From the NCBI GenBank assembly GCA_048213135.1, contig PS015009.1, positions 1,364,001 through 1,428,000 of the forward strand: a stretch of DNA of 64,000 nt, written 5' to 3'. A program made the position numbers and the translations under genes. The stretch comes from Reclinomonas americana ATCC 50394. Its lineage: Eukaryota. Below the pieces are notes generated by a model that worked only from the letters and a program-made list of their open reading frames with translations, made no database searches and was not told the origin of the DNA. Shown piece after piece: positions 21,043-30,404 of this stretch; within the stretch, counting starts at the first letter, position 1; each line of letters begins with the position of its first letter.

Positions 21043-22602
21043 TTAGTTTTTGGTGCCGGGTGTTTTTTTGTTTTTGATCATTTCCATCACCACCAGCATT
21101 TTCCTGTCCTGCCCTTTCATGAGCGCTTCATAACTGGTGCCCACATATACATCGGGCATTACGCCCAGCCCATTCTTAGGAACATGATTGTACTGTACCA
21201 GCCTGAACAGGGGCAGCCGTACACGAAGATGTGTATTGGGTAAAGTGATGTCGGGTATCATCACGCCATTATTACCATGCCAGCCACCACCGGCGGGTTC
21301 GCCCACCAGCTGTATGCCGGGTTGCCCTTTTATAACGTTGCAGAATAAAGTAGATGCGGAGAACGTTGGGCCGTTGATCAGCACGTACAGGTCACCGTTA
21401 TAGTGATTCTGTTTTTTGGGCTGGTACATTTTCCGCTCCCAATGCCCGAAGTGGTACATGCCATCGCTTTTCCTTCTGCTGCTGAAGAACAGCCCCAGGT
21501 TATTAAGGAATTTGCCTTTGATGTAACGGGTATACCTGCCGAGGTTTTGTGTTTTGGCATAACAGGTATCCACCACGCGAAAGGGTGTACGGGAAACATA
21601 GCGGGTGAGCAGGGTAGACAGGTTGATGCGCCCGCCGCCATTGGTTCGCAGGTCAATCACCACGTTGTTGATCTTTTGTTTTCGGATGTATTTAAAAGAC
21701 TGCCTGAAAAATTTGCGTAAGCCACCATTTGAAAAAGTATTGATGGTCATGATGGCGGTATTGGCTGCCGTATCAATACTCAGCGAGCGCATAATGCGCA
21801 GACGTTCCTGCCTGGTGAGTTTGGGTCTTTTCGCGACAGCGGAATCGCGGGTAGGTCTTTTAGTGCTGTCTTTTTTTATTTCGAAAACGGGAATGGTCAT
21901 TTTCTGTTCTGTCCCCGATGCATCGAGGTAGCCCACGGTATATTGCCTGCTTATGCCCATAATATTGCGATGGAAATAAGGGAAATTGCTGCTGAGGCGG
22001 ATGTAATTCACATTATCGGCCTCACCGTCTTCCGGCATATAGTCAAACAGGCTGTCGATGAGTTGCCGGTTGCGGTAGCCGTTGATGGAGGTAATGAAAG
22101 TGCCTCTTCTTAAAACAGAATCCCTGCGGTTCATATTGGAAGTAACCACCATGGTATCGTTCCATATTTTCATATTCAGCGGGAAACCCGGGTATCGTTT
22201 ACCCTGCACCCAGTGATTGTAGGCCTTGCTCATACCAAAGCTGGTATGGCCGCAATGTATTTTTTCGATCAGTGGTGCAACCACCTTCCAGCCAAACTGC
22301 AACTCGGTCATGCTGTCGGAAATGGAACGGCTGTACTGCTCAAAATACATATCCATGCTGTCTTTGGACGTGTACCAGTACAGGGAAGGGTGTTTTTTTT
22401 CGAGTATCTCCCGCAGCAAACCATAATCTTCCTTCAATTGGTTGCGGGAGTATTTTTTTGCGGGATCGAAATTTTTATGGGAAGCTGTGCAGGAGCTCAA
22501 TAACCAGGACACTAAGAAAAAAAGGGTAACCATCTGTTCATTCCGGCAACTGCGTTTTTGATAAAGGTAAGCTGCAAACGCCGAATACCGGGCGGCAGCC
22601 AT
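21043..22602 (-). CDS. S41 family peptidase, lipoprotein (start may be 22533)
   Basis: HPSLYWY, IHCGHT, IDLRTNGGG, TFSAST, GVMPD; lipobox LLSSC. Confidence 0.85.
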   Translation of the reverse strand: MAAARYSAFAAYLYQKRSCRNEQMVTLFFLVSWLLSSCTASHKNFDPAKKYSRNQLKEDYGLLREILEKKHPSLYWYTSKDSMDMYFEQYSRSISDSMTELQFGWKVVAPLIEKIHCGHTSFGMSKAYNHWVQGKRYPGFPLNMKIWNDTMVVTSNMNRRDSVLRRGTFITSINGYRNRQLIDSLFDYMPEDGEADNVNYIRLSSNFPYFHRNIMGISRQYTVGYLDASGTEQKMTIPVFEIKKDSTKRPTRDSAVAKRPKLTRQERLRIMRSLSIDTAANTAIMTINTFSNGGLRKFFRQSFKYIRKQKINNVVIDLRTNGGGRINLSTLLTRYVSRTPFRVVDTCYAKTQNLGRYTRYIKGKFLNNLGLFFSSRRKSDGMYHFGHWERKMYQPKKQNHYNGDLYVLINGPTFSASTLFCNVIKGQPGIQLVGEPAGGGWHGNNGVMIPDITLPNTHLRVRLPLFRLVQYNHVPKNGLGVMPDVYVGTSYEALMKGQDRKMLVVMEMIKNKKTPGTKN

Positions 22603-22627
22603 TTATTTAACAGATCAACAGGGATAA

Positions 22628-23395
22628 TTATTGTTGCTGTTCCTTTTTAATCCGCCAGGCCTCCCTGGTTTTGGTATATTTTACGAAATGATAGAACGAT
22701 TGAAAAGCTGACCAGTAAAAACCCTGTATGCCGTTAAGGAAATTGAGTTCGAAAAAATAATAACGGAAAAAATAATAAGGCACAGCGATCACTTCAACGA
22801 TCAGTGGTTTTTGTTTATTCTTTTCTACCGCCAGCTGGGCGCCCAGCGAAGAGTACCGGTTGAATTTTTCAAAATAATGAGCGATGCTTTTATAGCTGTA
22901 GTGCAGGATCTTCCCTTTCATCTTTTTCACGGTACCCTGCAGTTCCAGGCTTTCATGTACTTTATCGCTGTTGTAAGTGCCTTTGCTTTTATTGAACAGG
23001 CGGATGTAGCTTTTGCTGCTTTCTTTCCCGTACTTAAACACCCGGTTGATGAATACAAACTCCATCTGCATCAGGTAGGCATCTGCAGCAGGATTCTTCA
23101 TTTCTTCCTGAATCTCCTGCACCAGTTCATCAGTCAGTACTTCATCAGCGTCAATGCAAAGCACCCAGTTGTTTTTAGCGAGGGAAACCGCATATTGTTT
23201 TTGTGTGCCGTAACCATCAAACTGCCGCTGAAATACCTGGCATCCTTTGTTCACGCAAATAGCCACGGTATCATCGCTGCTGTAACTGTCCACAATGATC
23301 ACCTCATCGCACCAGCCCAGCTTATCGACCGTTCTGCCGATATTGTCCGCTTCGTTGAGCGTTATGATGACTGCGCTGACTTTAGCGGGGATCAT
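22628..23395 (-). CDS. GT2 glycosyltransferase (WaaE/KdtX-like)
   Basis: IITLNEA, VDSYSSDDT, IDADE, VHE, LHYSY. Confidence 0.9.
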   Translation of the reverse strand: MIPAKVSAVIITLNEADNIGRTVDKLGWCDEVIIVDSYSSDDTVAICVNKGCQVFQRQFDGYGTQKQYAVSLAKNNWVLCIDADEVLTDELVQEIQEEMKNPAADAYLMQMEFVFINRVFKYGKESSKSYIRLFNKSKGTYNSDKVHESLELQGTVKKMKGKILHYSYKSIAHYFEKFNRYSSLGAQLAVEKNKQKPLIVEVIAVPYYFFRYYFFELNFLNGIQGFYWSAFQSFYHFVKYTKTREAWRIKKEQQQ

Positions 23396-23396
23396 T

Positions 23397-23448
23397 AATT
23401 ACGAATTATTAATTACGAATTACGAATGAAGCAAGCTTGCTTCATTCG
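23397..23448. repeat. AATTACG heptamer tandem repeats abutting a perfect 26-bp palindrome
   Basis: AATTACG-AATTATT-AATTACG-AATTACG, then cgaatgaagcaagcttgcttcattcg (23423-23448). Confidence 0.85.
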
Positions 23449-23468
23449 CACATTTGCATATTTTCAAA

Positions 23469-24494
23469 TTACTTTAAGTGATTCCATCCCTGCGCTACCA
23501 GCTCATGTTTATTGCCGCCACGGGTAATGATGTGTTTGCCTTCCGCCGGTTCGGTAATATAACCAATGATGCTGAGCCCGTTGTTGGCATTGATCTTTTC
23601 ATAATCGGCCTGCGAAATGGTGAAGAGCAATTCATAGTCTTCGCCGCCGCTGAGCGCACAGGCGGTAGGGTCCAGTTCCAGCTTATAGGCAAAGGCTTTC
23701 GATTCTTCGTTGAGCGGCAGTTTATCTTCATAGATCACGCAGCCGGTATTGCTTTGTTTGCAAATGTGCATCAGTTCGCTGCTGAGGCCGTCGCTGATGT
23801 CCATCATACTGGTGGGAACAATATCGTGTTTGGCAAAATATTCTATAACATCTTTCCTGGCCTCGGGTTTCAGCAAGCGGCCAACAATATAGGCCTGGTT
23901 CTCCAGGTCGGGCTGGGCGCCGGTTTCAGCGAATATCTTTTTCTCTCTTTCCAGCAGGGTAAGTCCCAGGAAAGCACCGCCCAGGTCACCGCTTACGCAA
24001 ATAAGGTCATTCGGTTTGGCACCGTCGCGTTTTACATAGCTGTCGGGCGCTACTTCGCCAATAGCCGTTATACTGATGATGAAGCCTTTCTGCGAAGATG
24101 TAGTATCACCCCCCACCAGGTCAACCTGGTAATGTTCGCAGGCGGCATATACGCCCTCATAAAATTCGTCGAGCGCTTCCACGCTGAATTTATTGCTGAT
24201 GCCGATGCTCACCACTACCTGTGTAGGTGTGGCATTCATGGCATAGATGTCGCTCAGGTTCACAATCACACTTTTATAACCCAGGTGTTTGAGCGGGGTA
24301 TAACCCAGGTCGAAATGGATGCCTTCCACCAGCAGGTCGGTAGTGATCACCGTTTGCCTGCCGAAATGATCGATCACAGCGGCATCGTCGCCTACGCTTA
24401 ATACAGTAGAAGTGTTGCGGGTTTCGTTGTTCCTGGTGAGGTGATCGATAAGGCCGAATTCGCCCAGTGACGCTATTTCTGTTCTTTCTTCCAT
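23469..24494 (-). CDS. thiL: thiamine-phosphate kinase
   Basis: GEFGLI, GDDAAV, NLSDIYAMNA, GGDT, DISDGL, GGEDYELLF. Confidence 0.96.
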   Translation of the reverse strand: MEERTEIASLGEFGLIDHLTRNNETRNTSTVLSVGDDAAVIDHFGRQTVITTDLLVEGIHFDLGYTPLKHLGYKSVIVNLSDIYAMNATPTQVVVSIGISNKFSVEALDEFYEGVYAACEHYQVDLVGGDTTSSQKGFIISITAIGEVAPDSYVKRDGAKPNDLICVSGDLGGAFLGLTLLEREKKIFAETGAQPDLENQAYIVGRLLKPEARKDVIEYFAKHDIVPTSMMDISDGLSSELMHICKQSNTGCVIYEDKLPLNEESKAFAYKLELDPTACALSGGEDYELLFTISQADYEKINANNGLSIIGYITEPAEGKHIITRGGNKHELVAQGWNHLK

Positions 24495-24514
24495 GTTACT
24501 TTTTTTTCGGCAGG

Positions 24515-25300
24515 TCAGGCCAGCACCTTCCTGTTGTGAATGATGTCGAGCATTTCTTCGTGTATTTTTCCATTGGTGGCCAGTATATGCGGCTGGTAAG
24601 GGGAATACGGGTTGCCTTCAAAATCGGTAACCTTACCGCCTGCTTCTTCCACGATAAGAAAACCCGCGGCGCTGTCCCAGGCCTGCAGCTTATGTTCATA
24701 AAAGCCATCAAACCGGCCAGCGGCCACCCAGCACAGGTCTATGGCAGCGCTGCCCAGCCTGCGTACGGGCACACCCTTGCGGATAAAACGCTCGAATACC
24801 TGCAGCGGACCGTTCTCTGTATCGAGATAAGTATAGGGAAAACCAGTGACCAGGCAGCTGTGAAGCGCTTCCGTCTTCTGGCTTACGCTTATTTTTTTTT
24901 CGTTGAGCGAAGCGCCGAAACCCTTCTGAGCGAAGAAAAGCTCTTCGATGAAAGGGTTGTATACAGCGCCCAGTAACATTTTCCCGTCTTTTTCCAGGCC
25001 AATGCTTACACAGCAAATGGGAATACCACTGGCGAAATTGATGGTACCATCAATAGGATCAATGATCCACTTGTACTCGCTGTTGCTGCTGAGCTCTCCT
25101 GTTTCTTCGCTTAAAATGAAATGATCGGGATAGTCTTTGCGGATCACTTCAAAAATGGCTTTTTCCGATGCGTGGTCGGCTTCCGTTACCCAGTTGTTGA
25201 TCCCTTCTTTATTGCTGATCTTAAGATCGGCGTTGTTGAAATACCGCCGGAGTTCCTTTGCCCCGGCCTCTACCGCATTGAGCAGCGTTGTTTTTAACAT
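24515..25300 (-). CDS. suhB: inositol monophosphatase family protein
   Basis: VTEAD, WIIDPIDGT, GSAAIDLCWVA, WDSAAG. Confidence 0.9.
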   Translation of the reverse strand: MLKTTLLNAVEAGAKELRRYFNNADLKISNKEGINNWVTEADHASEKAIFEVIRKDYPDHFILSEETGELSSNSEYKWIIDPIDGTINFASGIPICCVSIGLEKDGKMLLGAVYNPFIEELFFAQKGFGASLNEKKISVSQKTEALHSCLVTGFPYTYLDTENGPLQVFERFIRKGVPVRRLGSAAIDLCWVAAGRFDGFYEHKLQAWDSAAGFLIVEEAGGKVTDFEGNPYSPYQPHILATNGKIHEEMLDIIHNRKVLA

Positions 25301-25367
25301 GCCGCAAAGATAGAGCAGGATTTCCGTTTTCGGATTTTAGTTCCGACATTTATAGACCACTGATACT

Positions 25368-26792
25368 ATGGAAAAGAAATACAAACGCAAAGAGTTCCTG
25401 AAGATGGCCATACTGGCCAACGCCGCCCTGTATGCCAAACCCCTGCTGGGTTTCGGCCATTCCTTTTTATCTGAACCCGCGCAGGCCGATGGTGTGATCT
25501 ATTACCGCAAAGGAGAAGCCCTTTATGAAGAATTACGTAAAGGATTCAATAAACGGATTGATAAATTTCCGCAGGTGATCGCCCTCTGCACCAGTGCTGT
25601 GGGCGTTTCGGAAGCGGTAAAATACGCCGCGGCCAATAAGCTGGCCGTAACCGTAAAAAGCGGGGGGCATTGCATGGAAGGTTTTTCCTGCAACGATGGC
25701 GGTATGGTGATCAACCTTTCGGGCATGAATACCGCCACGCTCAACGGCGAAACACTCAGTACCGGCCCCGGCGCCACGCTGGCCAGCCTGTACGATATAA
25801 TGCTGCCCAAGGGAAGGATCATACCCGGCGGGTCCTGTGCCGGCGTGGGTATTGGCGGACTCACCCTTGGCGGCGGCTATGGTTTGCTGGCCAGGAAATT
25901 TGGCCTTACCTGCGACAGCCTGCAGGAAGTGACCATGGTGGATGGCCGCGGAAATATCGTAAGCTCGGCCAGTAATAAAGAATTACTCTGGGCCTGCAAA
26001 GGCGGCGGCAATGGCAATTTCGGCGTCATCACTTCCATGAAATTCAAAACACACCCCGCGCCTGCCACCCTGCAGAGTTATCGTTTCAAATCATTTAAAG
26101 TAAATACCGAAAAAGCGAAAAGCATATTGCAGCAATGGTTCTCTGTATCCGCAAAACTGCCGCCGTCCTGCTTTTCAGCCTATGTGCTGAATGGGAAAAC
26201 GGTGTACATCCTGCTGACCAACGCCGATAAAGAAGACGCTGTGGTTGCAGACGCGGTGAAGCTGTTGTCGGGTATTTCCGAAAAAACGACGAAAACAAAA
26301 CCACAACCCCTGTCACCAGCATTGAAGGTTTTTTATGGCAGAAGAGATCCGCTGTATTTTAAGAATGCCTCGGCGGGATTGTATAAAAACTTTGAACAGG
26401 TGGCGCCGTGTATTGATAAGGTAATTGATATCGTGCTGTCCACACCCGGCATGATCTACCAGGTGAATACGCTGGGTGGTAATATCCAGCGCCCCGAGCT
26501 GGAACCCACATCCGCATTTCCGCACCGGGCCTTTCCCTTTTTCTCCGAATTGCAGACCTACTGGGACACACCCAAACAGGCGCCGCGGTTACTGGAACGT
26601 TTCCAGCAGGTACAATCCATTTTTACAGCGCAGGGCATTACAGCACAATACCGCAATTACCCCGATGTTAATTTCAGCAACTGGGAAACGGCTTATTACG
26701 GCAATAACTACCGCCGCCTGCAACAGGTGAAGAACAAATTTGACCCCGACAACCTGTTTCGTGGTGATCAGGCCCTGCGGAATGGAAAATGA
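25368..26792 (+). CDS. FAD-binding oxidoreductase (berberine bridge enzyme-like), probable Tat substrate
   Basis: VKSGGHC FAD motif, GLTLGGG, GGNGNFGV, YRNY...KFDPDNLF; N-terminal KRKEFLK. Confidence 0.88.
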   Translation: MEKKYKRKEFLKMAILANAALYAKPLLGFGHSFLSEPAQADGVIYYRKGEALYEELRKGFNKRIDKFPQVIALCTSAVGVSEAVKYAAANKLAVTVKSGGHCMEGFSCNDGGMVINLSGMNTATLNGETLSTGPGATLASLYDIMLPKGRIIPGGSCAGVGIGGLTLGGGYGLLARKFGLTCDSLQEVTMVDGRGNIVSSASNKELLWACKGGGNGNFGVITSMKFKTHPAPATLQSYRFKSFKVNTEKAKSILQQWFSVSAKLPPSCFSAYVLNGKTVYILLTNADKEDAVVADAVKLLSGISEKTTKTKPQPLSPALKVFYGRRDPLYFKNASAGLYKNFEQVAPCIDKVIDIVLSTPGMIYQVNTLGGNIQRPELEPTSAFPHRAFPFFSELQTYWDTPKQAPRLLERFQQVQSIFTAQGITAQYRNYPDVNFSNWETAYYGNNYRRLQQVKNKFDPDNLFRGDQALRNGK

Positions 26793-26888
26793 GGAATAAA
26801 GTATAAAAAGGAGATTTACTACTCTGGTAAACAACGGGTTGCATGTTCTCATTTTTTTTAGCGTATTTCGTGTACATAACCAGCCAAT

Positions 26889-28835
26889 TTGCAGCTATCG
26901 GTCATTATAGTGAATTACAACGTGAAGCATTTCCTGGAACAGTGCCTGTATTCTGTTCAGAAAGCCTGCCAGGGAATAGCCGCCGAAATTTTCGTGGTAG
27001 ACAACTGCTCCACCGATGGCAGCCGGGCCCTGCTGGAACCCCGGTTTCCCGGGGTACAGTTTACCTGGAACACCGCCAACACCGGTTTTGCGGCGGCCAA
27101 CAACCAGGCTGTAGCCAAAGCCAAGGGCGATTATATTCTTTTCCTGAACCCCGATACCATATTGCCGGAAGACTGTATACAAAAATGCATAGCCTTCTTT
27201 TTGAAAACACCACAAGCCGGCGCAGTGGGCGTGCGCATGATCGACGGCAGCGGAAAATTTCTCAAGGAAAGCAAACGGGCCTTTCCTTCACCGGCAACTT
27301 CTTTATATAAACTCTCCGGGCTGGCGCAACTTTTCCCGCGCTCCAAAACATTTGCCCGCTATCATCTCGGCCATCTGTCACAGCACTGCAATCACGAAGT
27401 GGATGTATTGGCAGGAGCGTACATGATGATCCCCAAACCCGTACTGGACAAAACCGGCAGCTTTGACGAAACCTTTTTTATGTACGGCGAAGACGTAGAC
27501 CTGAGCTACCGGATACAGCAGGCTGGTTACAGGAACTACTACCTCGCCGAAAGCACCATCATACATTTCAAAGGAGAAAGTACTAAGAAGGGCAGTTTGA
27601 ATTATGTACGGCTTTTCTATAAAGCGATGAGCCAGTTTGTGCGAAAACACTACAGCGGCAGTAAGGCCAGCCTGTTCATTTTACTGGTACAGCTGGCTAT
27701 CGCCGGCAGGGCTGTGCTGGCAATATTGGTAAAGCTGCTGGAACGGGCCGGGCTGTTCCTGCTCGACGCGGGCCTGATATTCATGAGCTTTCTTTTATCT
27801 AAATATTACTGGAGCCATGTGATACGCAATGATGTGAATTATTCTCCTAATGTACTCATCATCGCTTTTCCGGCCTTTACTCTTTTATTCCTGGTAGCTG
27901 CGTACTATGCCGGTCTTTACGACAAGGGATATCACCAGCGTCAGTTGGTGCGTTCTGCGGGAATTGCAGCACTTGTACTGCTGAGCAGCTATGCCCTGCT
28001 GCCGGAGCACCTCAGGTTCTCAAGGGGTATACTTGTGCTGGGCATAGTACTGTCCGTTCTGCTGATGAATTTTATGCGTATCATTTTTATCCGCGCCAAA
28101 CTACTGGAAACGACAGAAGGGTACGACGAAAAGAGGCAGACGATTATTGTAGCCAGTCAGCACGATTTTGAAGTGGCAAAAGGATTGATGAAAGGTGCAG
28201 ACATGCAGGAGCGAGTGCTGGGAAGGGTACATAATAATAATGACCGGGATGCGGAACAGGCGCTTGGCAGTATTGATCAGCTGCCTTACCTCATCAACCA
28301 TTATCCTGTTAAGGAGGTGGTGTTTTGCGAAGACGGGCTCAGCTTCAAAGAGATCATCGATGTAGTGGAGGAGTTACCGGAGGGCATCCGCAATAAATTT
28401 CATGCCTCGGGCAGCACCAGCATTGTGGGCAGCGACAGTAAAGATGTGGCGGGAGACTATGTCAGCGCGACAAAAAAATATGCGCTTGCCAAACCCATCA
28501 ACCGGCGCAATAAAAACCTGTTTGATGTATTACTTGCCCTTATCTTTCTTGTCCTGTTCCCTGTTCTCCTGTTTACTCAAAAAAAACCGGGCCGCTTTTT
28601 CCTGAACCTGTTGTCTGTTTTATTTCGTAAAAAGACATGGGTAGGGTATGCAGTAACACCCAGCCACCTGCCCCCGGTAAAAGATGCTATACTCACATCC
28701 ACCTCTTTGCCCGCCCGGCTGAATGAATTGCCCAGGGAAAGTCTCCTCATCACCGACGAGTGGTATGCCGCTAATTATTCCGTATATATAGATCTGCAAA
28801 AAGTATGGCGGGGATATCGCTACCTGTCTTACTGA
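26889..28835 (+). CDS. GT2 glycosyltransferase fused to membrane and sugar-transferase-like C-terminal region
   Basis: LSVIIVNYN, FLNPDT, FFMYGEDVDL, HFKGES; TM helices and FDVLLAL...TWVGY tail; TTG start. Confidence 0.85.
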   Translation: MQLSVIIVNYNVKHFLEQCLYSVQKACQGIAAEIFVVDNCSTDGSRALLEPRFPGVQFTWNTANTGFAAANNQAVAKAKGDYILFLNPDTILPEDCIQKCIAFFLKTPQAGAVGVRMIDGSGKFLKESKRAFPSPATSLYKLSGLAQLFPRSKTFARYHLGHLSQHCNHEVDVLAGAYMMIPKPVLDKTGSFDETFFMYGEDVDLSYRIQQAGYRNYYLAESTIIHFKGESTKKGSLNYVRLFYKAMSQFVRKHYSGSKASLFILLVQLAIAGRAVLAILVKLLERAGLFLLDAGLIFMSFLLSKYYWSHVIRNDVNYSPNVLIIAFPAFTLLFLVAAYYAGLYDKGYHQRQLVRSAGIAALVLLSSYALLPEHLRFSRGILVLGIVLSVLLMNFMRIIFIRAKLLETTEGYDEKRQTIIVASQHDFEVAKGLMKGADMQERVLGRVHNNNDRDAEQALGSIDQLPYLINHYPVKEVVFCEDGLSFKEIIDVVEELPEGIRNKFHASGSTSIVGSDSKDVAGDYVSATKKYALAKPINRRNKNLFDVLLALIFLVLFPVLLFTQKKPGRFFLNLLSVLFRKKTWVGYAVTPSHLPPVKDAILTSTSLPARLNELPRESLLITDEWYAANYSVYIDLQKVWRGYRYLSY

Positions 28836-29935
28836 AAATGGATTAATTCCTCAATCGCTTCTTTGTGCTTCTCCGTAAAAGAAAAGCGCTCCGCAGTAAA
28901 CGGGAAATGTTGTATGCTTTCCTGTATCGTATGAAGTGCCAGGTTGTTTTGTGAGATGGATGCAAACCATCCCTTCTGCTGCAGGGTAAACGCCAGGTAT
29001 TCCTGTTCCGTTTGCCCGGGCGTAGGTATCAGGATGGCTTTTTTACCCAGCAGGACCAGGTCCATTACAGTGGTGTAACCGCTGCGGCAGATGACCATAT
29101 CCGCCGAAGCCAGCGCCATGCTTAACTCCTGTGAGTTGAGATGGTTATGAATGTTGATGTTCTTTCCGTAACCCGTAAGTGTTTCACTGCTGCCGGGCAG
29201 CCCCCGGATGAACAGGCAATTACCCGGGAATGCTTCCAGCTCTTTCAGCAGGATGCGCTCAAAAACCGAACGCTGCGGTTCCGGTCCGGAGATTAGCACA
29301 CAAAGGTCAACACTTCCGGGTGCTTCTTTTTTCTCCAGTCTCGAAAGCGGGCCCAGGTATTTTACAGGAATACGCGGAAGTTGTTCAGGATGAGAAAGTC
29401 GGCCGGCCAGGTTATCTGCCCCTTCAGCATCGGGCACCCAGCATTGCCGGAAACGGTTAATGTAACGGTAATTGATCTTTTGCAGTAGCCGGTTCAGCAG
29501 GCGGTTGCCTGTTTGTATGGATAACTGGTGGGTTATAAAAATACAGGGAAGCCCGCTGAGGTAAAGACCATACCGGTTATCGGAAATAACGGCGTCAATA
29601 CGAAGCAGCGCCGCGTTTTTTCGCAGCCATTTTTTTTCCCGGGAAACAGAACGCAGTATGCCGGGTACCTGCAGCAGCATAGCGGACACAAGACCGGCTT
29701 TTGTTTTACTGTACCGAATACGATAACCCCTGAGCGGAACGAATTCGGCGGTGGGAAACTCCTGCTGCAGCAAGGATTGAACAGCGCCTTCAGCAGCTAT
29801 AACCACTTCCACATTTCGGCTGAGCAGCTCCCTCACCAGGGGTATACAGCGGGTGGCATGGCCCAGGCCCCAGTCCAGCGGAGCCAGTAAAATCCTGCTT
29901 TTTTGAGGTTTTATGTTAAAATTCCCGCCATTCAT
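28829..29935 (-). CDS. GT28-like glycosyltransferase
   Basis: PLDWGLGHATRCIP, ISDNRYG, CRSGYTT, PTPGQTEQ. Confidence 0.87.
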   Translation of the reverse strand: MNGGNFNIKPQKSRILLAPLDWGLGHATRCIPLVRELLSRNVEVVIAAEGAVQSLLQQEFPTAEFVPLRGYRIRYSKTKAGLVSAMLLQVPGILRSVSREKKWLRKNAALLRIDAVISDNRYGLYLSGLPCIFITHQLSIQTGNRLLNRLLQKINYRYINRFRQCWVPDAEGADNLAGRLSHPEQLPRIPVKYLGPLSRLEKKEAPGSVDLCVLISGPEPQRSVFERILLKELEAFPGNCLFIRGLPGSSETLTGYGKNINIHNHLNSQELSMALASADMVICRSGYTTVMDLVLLGKKAILIPTPGQTEQEYLAFTLQQKGWFASISQNNLALHTIQESIQHFPFTAERFSFTEKHKEAIEELIHFQ

Positions 29936-29990
29936 CCCAACAGAACAATATTTATTTGTGAAAATAGTTTAATTTGGTAACGGAAAACAT

Positions 29991-30116
29991 ATGCAAAAAC
30001 TATTTAAAATCACATTACTGCTTACACTGCTGGTTAGTTTGATCGCTACCGGTTGTTCTTCATCCAAGAAAGGACAATGCGGTTGCCCGAACAAGCAGGG
30101 AATGGTAGGATATTAA
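29991..30116 (+). CDS. small 41-aa lipoprotein with CGCP motif (not in ORF track)
   Basis: MQKLFKITLLLTLLVSLIATGC-SSSKKGQCGCPNKQGMVGY; signal peptide and lipobox IATGC. Confidence 0.78.
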   Translation: MQKLFKITLLLTLLVSLIATGCSSSKKGQCGCPNKQGMVGY

Positions 30117-30142
30117 GCAGTACAAAGAAAGGAGCCCTAACC

Positions 30143-30391
30143 ATGAACAATGCCAACCGGGACCTGCTCGTGTTGTTCAACCAGGAGTTGATGACTCCCC
30201 AAGCCATCGAACATGAAGTAGAAATGCTTCACCAGTTGTTGTATACCGTAGAGCGTATCGACAACCTTGTTATTGCACATGAAGTAATAGACCTCAACCG
30301 GTACCGTATCATTCACGCCCCCTTCCACATCCGTAATGTTTTCAGGCAGAGAGAACTGAAACCTTTTGTATTCCTGAACTGCAGGAACTGA
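30143..30391 (+). CDS. small hypothetical protein (82 aa)
   Basis: ORF MNNANRDLLVL...KPFVFLNCRN fills the gap after the small lipoprotein; AAAGGAG upstream. Confidence 0.7.
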   Translation: MNNANRDLLVLFNQELMTPQAIEHEVEMLHQLLYTVERIDNLVIAHEVIDLNRYRIIHAPFHIRNVFRQRELKPFVFLNCRN

Positions 30392-30404
30392 TCCCCTTTT
30401 TTAT

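Noticed and set aside
24495-24514. TPP riboswitch before thiL
   Set aside because: Only a 20-nt gap after suhB.
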